From NCBI GenBank assembly GCA_001938485.1, contig MQRK01219238.1:1-49017 (forward strand): a stretch of 49,017 nt of DNA, written 5' to 3'. A program made the position numbers and the translations under genes. How positions within the stretch are numbered: the first letter of the stretch is position 1; each line of letters begins with the position of its first letter. Of this stretch, positions 12,430 to 22,500 are shown piece by piece. This DNA comes from Girardia tigrina. Lineage: Eukaryota. The notes below the pieces were generated by a model. The model saw only the letters and a list, made by a program, of their open reading frames with translations. It was not told the DNA's origin and ran no database searches.

Positions 12430-12540
12430 ATGGCAGATTCAGATAAATTAAATTTAGACAGCATTATTGGCCATCTCTTGGAAGTTCGTGGATCACGACC
12501 AAAAAAGTGTTCAATTGACCGAAAAGGAATCGCAGGATTT
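12430..12540 (+). pseudogene. PPP1C: Protein phosphatase 1 catalytic subunit N-terminal fragment (~36 codons, frameshifted), with upstream promoter-like motifs
   Basis: [24 protein letters not shown]/(fs)KSVQLTEKE compared with PP1alpha [34 protein letters not shown]. Upstream are TTGGCGCCAA (12274, E2F-like) and CGCCATTTT (12391, YY1-like). No catalytic domain follows. Confidence 0.88.
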
Positions 12541-12839
12541 AAAAATAAAAAACGCAGCTGGATTGTCTATAGAAGAGCTATTGAAGATGAAATTGATATG
12601 CATCGATTATAAATCAAAAGGAATGGAGTGGTTTACATTGATTTTTAATATGTTTTTTAATTTAAAGTGTTTTAAATCTTAAATTTTTAAATTTTAAAAA
12701 CTTTGTTGGCAAAGTAGAGTTTCGTCTGCAAAAAGAATGGATATAAAATTTTTATATTTAACGAATACGAAATGGAATGCGGAAGGTTAAAGAATTACAA
12801 CCTGCAATTCAGAGTAACTGCGTCCCAATATTATTGGAG

Positions 12840-13010
12840 AGAAAACTGATTGAGACTGGTATTTTCCCTGTAGTCTATTATTGTAGTGAGTGCTGGACAA
12901 CGCCTGAGAAGGATGTTGCACGGCTACAAGCCTTCCATAATTGCTGCACGAGGACAGCTCTCAAGAAGACAAAACTCGACAGGATCCCGAATAAGGACAT
13001 GATGATTGAA
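12840..13010 (+). mobile_element. RTE-clade LINE C-terminal fragment
   Basis: LIETGIFPVVYYCSECWTTPEKDVARLQAFHNCCTRTALKKTKLDRIPNKDM matches the RTE pattern YGxExW...RLxxFxxxCxRxIL...DRIxN. Confidence 0.7.
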
Positions 13011-13139
13011 CTTGACTTTTTGATTCTAGTCAAAACACGTATAGTATTCTATGACTACAATTCACGGAAGGGTGTAACTGAGGTTCAAAGAGTTCTAAAC
13101 TCTGAGATCGCCACAGAGAATAATGAATACAAACCGAGA

Positions 13140-13210
13140 AATAACTATTCAAAAGTTGTAAAATGCTGGGCATGCCACGAAGAAGGACACATCAGAAGAA
13201 TACAGGAAAA
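13140..13210 (+). mobile_element. Gag zinc-knuckle remnant (CX2CX4H)
   Basis: VKCWACHEEGHIRR. Confidence 0.5.
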
Positions 13211-13242
13211 GTCTAAACGAAAGAGGGTTTCTCGACAACGAT

Positions 13243-14200
13243 GTGGAATTTAAACACCTGATCAAAGGAACCATATCGGAGCGACTAAAAGAGGCAATCG
13301 AGCACGAGAAAGAATATTCGAAAATGCTTCAGCCGCGCATCAAAATATTGGCTTTCACATTCCCTTCTTGCTTTAAAGAATTTGCTGAGCAGAAGGAACT
13401 CAAAAGACACACTAAGAACGTACATCTGCCCACGGCCCCGACGGCACAGAGAGGTGGATTCATTCATATGTCCCATAGAGAACGGCCACAAAACTTATTA
13501 AACTAATGGATGGCTACAACGAAATTTATTAATTGATCATCGAATCCAAGGTAATGGTACTACGAACATCCAAGTAGTACAAAGAGAAGAAACACAAAGA
13601 TGTACTGGATCTTTGAACTTGAACGCGGAACATGATATACCAGTGTTAGTCAGTGTAACTGATGAGTACTGCCCAAAAATAATCCCTAGTGTGGTGCTGC
13701 CGTTTCCGCTGGATAATATAACGGATAAGGGAATGTTTCACTGTCCATATCCACATTGCACTAAGTGCGTTTATACAGCTAAAAGTCTCCAGAATCACGG
13801 AACGAAGGAACATGACTGGTCATTTCTTAGAGGGAAGCCGAAGCGTGCTCCTGTATTGAAATCTCGCACTCTCGCATCTGAAGCCATGTGAGAGGATCAG
13901 AAAACTTTGTATTTGTAACTGATGAGTACTGCCCAAAAATAATCCCTAGTGTGGTGCTGCCGTTTCCGCTGGATAATATAACGGATAAGGGAATGTTTCA
14001 CTGTCCATATCCACATTGCACTAAATGCGTTTATACAGCTAAAAGTCTCCAGAATCACGGAACGAAGGAACATGACTGGTCATTTCTTAGAGGGAAGCCG
14101 AAGCGTGCTCCTGTATTGAAATCTCGCACTCTCGCATCTGAAGCCATGTGAGAGGATCAGAAAACTTTGTATTTGTCAAATGGTTTGTACCCGATACAGA
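13243..14200 (+). mobile_element. C2H2 zinc-finger N-terminal remnant of a probable R2/NeSL-like non-LTR element
   Basis: FPSCFKEFAEQKELKRHTKNVH and FHCPYPHCTKCVYTAKSLQNHGTKEH are C2H2-like fingers in a broken ORF. The family assignment is inference. Confidence 0.45.
13654..14176 (+). repeat. Near-perfect 260-bp tandem duplication
   Basis: 13654-13913 is repeated at 13914-14173. One substitution seen (ctaagtgcg vs ctaaatgcg). TGT microhomology at the junctions. Confidence 0.95.
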
Positions 14201-14580
14201 GTCTATGATGCACTACCCTATGCGCCAATGCTGAGTATTATTTGTAATACACAGTTATCCGTAACAGTCGGGGGAGCCTTATAATTTTTTGATTTACTAG
14301 TTATTTAATACAATTAACAACATCAATATGAGGTTTACAACATTTATTAATATTACAAGCACATTCACTATTTGACATCTCTCTTGATCAATATTTTTTC
14401 TGAGTTCAAACTAATTATATTCAATAAATGAAAATCTGTTAATAAAATTATTAATTATAAAAAATCTAATTGGTTGAAATTAAATCTAAGCATTTTTTAA
14501 AAAAAAGAACATATTAAATTAATATATTAAAATTTTAAATTACATTAAAAAATAAATAATACATTCGAAAATTATTTTAA

Positions 14581-14662
14581 CACGTTGACGGACAGTAGAA
14601 ACATATTTATATTAATTTATATATGAACTTGACGGCTATAGACGCAACTGTCCGTCAACGTG
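14581..14662. mobile_element. 82-bp piggyBac-type MITE
   Basis: Perfect 16-bp TIR CACGTTGACGGACAGT, flanked by TTAA on both sides (14577-14580 and 14663-14666). Confidence 0.85.
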
Positions 14663-16550
14663 TTAAATCTTTTTACTTTACAATTAAATTATTTTTAATT
14701 AGTAAGAATCAAAGAAAATATCATTCATCCATCCGTGCAGGAGAGGCACAATCCGAATCAACATTCTACATGCACAATATCAACACACAATTCAAAACAT
14801 TCCTTACAAATACAAAATATTTTAGATTTTCAATAGCAAAGAGTTTTCTATAGCAAATTATGTTTTCCGAATTTTGTACGAATATTAATTTTTAGAATTT
14901 ATAATGAAATCTAAGACGTTTGTATTTCTGAAATAAAAATGAACCAGTAACTTTTAGATTTGGTTATCATGATAAAAACTCGAATGGAAAAGTCAAGCAT
15001 AATTTTGCTATATAAACGAAAAATAATAATTTTTTTACTGATTAAAAAAATACTTTTAGATTGTAAATTGCAACGAGTTTTCTTCATAAAACTATGTTTC
15101 GAATGTTTCATATTACGCAACATCATTATGTAACTGTCTACGTTTAATTAGATACTTTTATTTTTGAATAAATAAACAAATTTGCACAAATATCAATTTT
15201 TTTATGAATTGCTAATAAAACCCAAAAAAAATACGTTTGCACTTGTAAAATCGAAATAAACGAGTAATTTGATGTTGGTTACTTAAATGGTGTTAAACTA
15301 CTAATCCATTTCAGTTACTCTTTTGTTTTATTAAATATATTTTCAGGTGCATTGGAGCCGCGTTTCTCGTCTAATAAAAATTTGTAGCCCTTACGATGAC
15401 CGTTACTCGTGGTTTTTCATTTTTATCTCGAGATAGATTTTCACTCTGCATATTGAAATATATACATCAAATGGCAGTTTCTTTTTCCTTGTAATAGCTT
15501 GAGTTTATCATCGATTCGAATCGAAGATTGTTGATGCAAATGATATATTTGGGTTGTTGCACTTTTATAAAGCTTTCAAGAGTCATTAATTTTATTTAAA
15601 AATTTGTGCGATGATTCAGCGTTAGAAATTTTACTTAAATAACAATATGATAGAAAAAAAACTACCGCAGAGTAGGTTGGTAACAAATTAACTATTTTAA
15701 AATTATTTTATTTTAACTTTAGTGCCTCAAGTTCGGTGAACCATTAAAAATTTCAATGCCTTCTAAATTATTATTTTTTTACACTAAAAATGTTTTACAT
15801 GCAAAACATATTTTTTGTATCTTCATCATAATTCATCTCAACTTAAATCTCAGCTCAGATTTGAATAAACCAAAATTGATTTTATATTACAAAATTTCTT
15901 AAAAAAATATTTGAAATTTATTCAGACCGAAAAAATTTGAATTTTAAATTTAAAATTCAAATTTTCCCGCTCTTAATTTTTTTCAAATATTAAAACAAAA
16001 TAAATTAATTATATAACTTTTTTTTAATTAAATTGATTACATAAAATCATAATTTTTGAATTTAATTATTCATTTTACAATGAAAAATTATTTTTTGGTA
16101 ATTGTTTTATTGATAATCCAGAATCATAAATTTATATATATATCTATATTTAGATGTATATATATATATATTAACTAGACATTTTTAAAGTTGTTAAAAG
16201 TAAAACTGAACGAAATATTATTTCCCACACGTTTTTTCTTCACTTTCTAACAACAAAAAATTCTCAATTTACATAAGACAAGCAAATAAAATATCAAAAA
16301 ACCAACCATTAAATTTGTTTATATAACATCTAAATCAAATTCACGCCAACATTGCCACGTAGTAACGCAATCGACGTAAATTTTAATTATCGATTTTTTC
16401 CGAAATATTTTGTTTTAATATACCAAATCAATCAATATTAATATGGCTACGGCAGTTTTTTTGAATTTCTTTTTTTTTCACTACTGATGATTGAGATTTT
16501 CTTTTTTTTTCGATTTTTTAGACCGAAATATTTAGTTCGAACACGAAAAA

Positions 16551-16583
16551 ATGACCATAGAAGATGTCAAGAGTACAATTAAA
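16551..16583 (+). CDS. PIAS: PIAS exon 1 (MTIEDVKSTIK)
   Basis: ATG in an AAAA context after an in-frame stop, GTAATT donor, and an in-frame splice to the TGTAG acceptor at 16664. Confidence 0.75.
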
Positions 16584-19500
16584 GTAATTACATTAATATT
16601 ATAATGACAATAGAAAATTCGATAATTATTGATTTATTAATTAATATATTGTTAATGATTGTAGAATCATATTTTGAATAGTATTTCTCAACCGGCTTTT
16701 GTTAATCTTTGTCAACTATTCGGAATTCCACCAATCGGACGAAAATTACAAATTCAAAAACGTCTAATTGACTCGATTCTCATGACGACCAATGTCGAAT
16801 TGTTGCATCAGATTCTTTTCATGATCAATCGACCGTCAAATAACAATAACAATTCCAATAATAACAATAATTTCGGACAAAATTACCACCAAAATCCGCC
16901 AAATCAATCGGAAAATCAGTCTCAACTCGGAATAAATTCGTCTCGAAAATTGTATTCGATCACCGAGGAAATGATGAATCAATCGCCAATCGATCTTCGT
17001 GCGGAATTACTCTCGGTCAATGTCGACCGGAATTCGTTATTCCATCCCAATCACACGAAATACCCGACGGGTTTCTTCACAGCGCCCAGTTCCGGACCGA
17101 GTTTGATTGCCGGCCGAGTGACGGTGCCGAGCGTCCAGCTGCCGTATCTCGCGCGCCACTCGATCATCCGCTCGTCCGAGTTCTACTGCTGCCAGGTCGT
17201 GCTCCATCCGCTCGCTCTGCTCATCCCCAAGCCCACACCCAACATCAATCAAGCGACTCGCGTCATGAGCAAGCAATCGCTCCAATTCACCGTCTCGTCT
17301 CACGCCCGGCATCTGATCACCGCACATCGCTCGCAAATCCAAAACAAACGCTACTACAAATGGCAAATTCTCGTCAGATTCGGCGTTTACGATCCATCGA
17401 AACCGTTCCCGAATTCCGATGACAATGTCGCGTGTCTGACGGAATTTATCCCGCCTTACCTCACGATTTTCGTCAACAACGTCCCGGTGCCGCTGTGGGA
17501 TATTCTGCCCAGTAATTCCACCGCCAAAGAAGGCAAACGACATCCGCGGCCGATCAATATCTCCGATTATCTCAAGTTCACGTCGACCAATACGGTGGGG
17601 AATGACTTGTCGCTCGACGGAACGGACAATAGCACAGGATTCCGGCAATCGATCACCGTCAATTGGTGGCAAACGCCGTCCGTGTACCAATACTACTATT
17701 TCTCGGTGTTCCTCGAGCGGAAATTATCGGTGGACGAGTTGCTCGATCGGTTCGTCAAGCGCACTCATCACGTGCAAATGCCGATCGATTTCACGATGGA
17801 TTTGATTCGCGAGAAGTTCTCGTCCAATAACAACAGCAACAACAACAATCGATATTCCAATAGCAACACGAACGAGGACGAGGACGACTTGGTGATGTCG
17901 TCGGTGCTGCCCGTGAGTCTGCTGTGCCCGGTGGGCAAGACGAGGATCGAGTGCCCGATCAGGGGCGTGTCGTGCCAGCACCTGCAGTGTTTCGACGCCC
18001 GGCTCTACCTGATGATGAACGAGCGCCGGTCCGTGTGGAAGTGTCCCGTGTGCGATGCGAGCGCCGCGATCGGCGAGCTGTTCGTCGACGAGTTCTTCCG
18101 GCGGCTTCTCGACGGCTGCCGGGACAAGGCGGGCGTCAGTGAGGTCAACGTCAATCCGGACGGGTCGTGGACCGAGGTCGTGGAGAAAGAGAAGGAGAAG
18201 AAGTCGAGGGACCGGGAGAGAGCGAGGGAAAAAGAACAGGAGAAAGAACTGGACGAATCGGGACAGCCGGTGATTCTGATTGGAGAGAGCGACGACGAGG
18301 ACGAGTCGAGCGAGGACAGCGATGATGCCGGCGACAGCAGGCGAGTGTCTCCGAGGAAATCCGAGCCGGTCGATGTCGTTTCACCGAAGTAAATAATCAC
18401 CGCGTTTATTTGTCTTATACATTTTATTATATTTGTCACTCATTGGAACACACCGCTCTCTTGTTACACCTGTTAACAAATAATAAGTGATAATTTAAAT
18501 TGAATAAGTGTATATATATATAAATAAATAAACAACTAAAGCATGCAAAAAAATGAAAAACAACCAATAAAAATTAACCTGTTTTTCATTTGAAAAAGGC
18601 ATTAAAATTTGATTAGGACACAAATATATAGAAAGGTCAGAAAAAATAAAAACATACACACATACATACACACATACAGACAGACACGCTAACACAATGA
18701 AAAACACTCATCATACATACAATTTTTTTTACAATGGTTAAGGGCATTTAACGTTTTATAAGGGTTTTTGGAATATTGAATTCTTTAATACAAGTTGTTT
18801 GATAAATCTTTATTTAAAAAAATTGATTTTTTTGATTAATCTTTGACTCCACAACTGAACACAAATTGTTTCACCATTTATCATTTATTATTCACAAATT
18901 TATGTTAGTTATTTGTGATAAAAATCACAATAAACATGTTAAAACTAATTAAAATATATTTAAATAATTTATTATTGTCATTTTTTTAAATTCTTTAAAA
19001 TTGATTAATTCTCGTCTGGAAATGTACCCATAAAAATCTGGAATACCAAGATAAACCTTCACAATTGTGATTATTGTAAAATATTATTAAAAACTGATTA
19101 TTAAAAGTTGTATATAAAATTTAAATCAATAAATAAATTTATTTAAAAAATCCTACTTATTATTGACTTTTTATTGTCAATTCAAAATATATACAAAATA
19201 TCACAAAATATTATAGAATCTATAAATAGATTCATCCATTGCCTTTATTTAATGTAAAAGGGCCCTTATAAATTGTAAACGGGTGTAACAGCGCATGGCG
19301 CCACAACCCAACAGGATAAATGCCATCTGACCAATGAAAATCAACCACTCCTTCATTTTGATATAACACGCTCATTTTAAAAGGGCATTAATACTGCTGT
19401 TGTCAATTAAGTATATCAAATCGATCAATTAAATCTATAATTTAATACACCTGTTCCCGATTAGATATGCCATGTGGGCATTTTATTAGATTCCTGGATG

Positions 19501-22500
19501 AAATATATGTAAATTAATCGGAAAAAAGTAATCAACCAATGGAAATAGATCTGATCGTCATTCTAATGGATTTTAAGTTATGAGAAATGTGTAGGTTATA
19601 TAGAAGAGTTAAAAAAAATCGAACAAACCTCATCCCATATTCACAAGACACACAACTTCAATACATACATACACTGTTAAATCCATTTAATAATATGAGA
19701 TGTCCACTTAATAATAATTTATATAATCTAAAAATAAAAAATACAAGGATTAGCCAATGAAATGACAGAAAATAAAGACAAGATGTCCATTTAATAATAA
19801 AAACATCCAGTTAATACAATGAGGTCCATTTAATTATATAAGAAGTCCATTTGATAGTAAATCCATATGTAAAATTGATAGAAATATACAATTTAACCCA
19901 GTGGTTCTCAACTAATTTAAAAACGCGGAACACAATTCACATGAATTTTTTTACGCGGAACACTGACAAAAAATTCATTGAAAAATTCTCTATCGAACGT
20001 ATTATTTCGTTNNNNNNNNNNNNNNNNNNNNNNNNNNNNNNNNNNNNNNNNNNNNNNNNNNNNNNNNNNNNNNNNNNNNNNNNNNNNNNNNNNNNNNNNN
20101 NNNNNNNNNNNNNNNNNNNNNNNNNNNNNNNNNNNNNNNNNNNNNNNNNNNNNNNNNNNNNNNNNNNNNNNNNNNNNNNNNNNNNNNNNNNNNNNNNNNN
20201 NNNNNNNNTGATTTGTATCTTAAATGCAAATTTAAAGATAAAATGTAGATATTTTCGCGGAACACTGAAAGCGGATTCGCGGAACACTGATGTGCCGCGG
20301 AACACGGGTTGAGAACCACTGATTTAACCAATCAAAATGTTAATTTAACAAACATACTCACTCAAATGTCCATTTGATAATAAAATGTCCACTTGAGAAT
20401 AGAAAATATATGAAAAAATATTTTCTACCCCTTAACACACATACATACCTATACACACGTTATATTAGGACCATTTGATAATATAATATCTATTTAACAA
20501 TATAAAATTTTTAATTAAATTTAATGTATTTTTTTACTAAAAATTTTATTAAAAACTTAATTGAAAAAACATACAAATTTCATAAATTTTTCAATTAAGT
20601 TTTTAATAAAATTTTTAATCAAAATATTTTAATAAATTTATTTTAAATTACAAAAATCAATCATATTTTTCAAAAATTTCTATTAACAATTACCAAAGTA
20701 AAAAATACATTAAATTTAATTAAAAAATCAATAAATATTTTTAGAAATTGAATTTTTGTTTTGAAAAAATATTTCATAAATCTTATAATTTTAAATATAA
20801 AGCATAATTTAGATAATTTAATGGAAAATGCAAATGAATAAAAAAATATACAAAAAATATATTTAAATTACATTTAAATTAACAAATGTCTAAAAAATTA
20901 TAATTTATTATATAAATTATTATTATATTAATTAACAGATATAAAAAAATATTTACCTTCCATTAGTTATAAATGTAGATCCAAAAAATTCACGATATAA
21001 AAAGTTTCGCTATTAACAAATGGATACTTGTTATTAACGAATGGACCCCACTGTATGTAAATTAATTGGAAAAAGTAATCAACCAATGGAAATAGATCTG
21101 ATCGTCATTCTAATGGATCTTAAGTTATGAGAAATGTGTAGGTTATATAGAAGAGGTAGAAAAAAATCATTAAAAATGAATTAATAATCATAAATTAATA
21201 AGTAATAATAAATTAATTAATCAATATTCATATTAACGCAAATTAATTAATAAATAATCACAAATTAATTCATAAATAATCACCAATTAATTAATTAATA
21301 ATCACAAATTAATTAATAAATAATCACAAATTAATTCATAAATAATCACCAATTAATTAATTAATAATCACAAATTAATTAATAAATAATCGCAAATTAT
21401 CTAATAAATATTCATAAATTAATTAACAAAAAATTACTTTACTAAGCGTAAAACGACATGAAAGTCATTAATTCATATGAATGATGCCATTTGTAAATGC
21501 ATACGAAAATGCATTTCTAATCGGGAATAGGTGTAGTTATTTATTTTCATCGAGAATCAACCAACCAAGTCACACATACCACATGTTTATTTCGCCAAAT
21601 TCGGACAATTAAGCGTACGATCTGACGGAATCACGACTGTTTGGCGCTGGACTTGCCGAATACACGAACATTTTTCATTCAATTATTAAATCGATATAAA
21701 CATATTCAATATGAAACTAGTAAATCAAAAAACTAATTTTTTATATCCATTCTTTGTGCACACAGATTTAATTAAAAAAAAGATCAAAAATTAATATAAA
21801 CTACTTATAATTAATAAGTAGATCTTTTTCAATTAATATTGTTCGAAAACTCCGAATTTTCCGTTTTTTCCCATTTTGGTACCTTAAAAAGTTTTTTTCG
21901 ATTAAATTTTTACATAATCATTTATTGTAATCGAGGAATGAGGTATGCAAAATTTGAAGAAAATTGATTGAGTAAAAACCTTCAAAAACAGGATTCTAAA
22001 TTCCATGGATATATATATATATATATATATACAATGAGGTTCATTTAATTATATCATGGATCCATTTGATAATAAATCCATATCTAAAATTTAAAGAAAA
22101 ATAAAATTTAACCAATAAAAATGTTAATTTAAAAAACATAATCAAATGTCCACTTGAGAATAAAAAATATATGAAAAAATATTTTCTACTCCTTAACACA
22201 CAATATACACACATAATATTAGGACCATTTGTTAATACAGTGAGGTCCATTTATTATTTGTTTCTAAAAATCAATAAAAAACGACATAACATTTGGGTAC
22301 CCCTAATAATATCAAAAATCCATTCGATAATAGAACACCTGGATTTTTATGTTGATTTTTTTGATTTTTGGAATTTAATTGAAGGTAAATATATTTTTTT
22401 TGATATCTATTAATTTAAATACATTAAACAATTATTTTTTTCAACATTTGTTAATTTAAATATAATAAATTTTAAAGAAAAATTGAAAGATATAATTTAA

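Larger units (their letters stand above)
19448..21533. mobile_element. TA-flanked non-autonomous Tc1/pogo-type element carrying nested insertions
   Basis: TIRs CACCTGTTCCCGATTAGATATGC and GCATTTCTAATCGGGAATAGGTG, with TA on both sides. Internal ~115-bp direct repeat at 19506-19620 and 21054-21168. Confidence 0.65.

Noticed and set aside
17037-18439. Multiple overlapping and antisense ORFs (217, 144, 85 aa and others) over PIAS exon 2
   Set aside because: These are shadow ORFs caused by GC-rich codon usage and contain no motifs.
19851-20331. ORFs containing X runs
   Set aside because: They span the N gap 20012-20208 inside a MITE.
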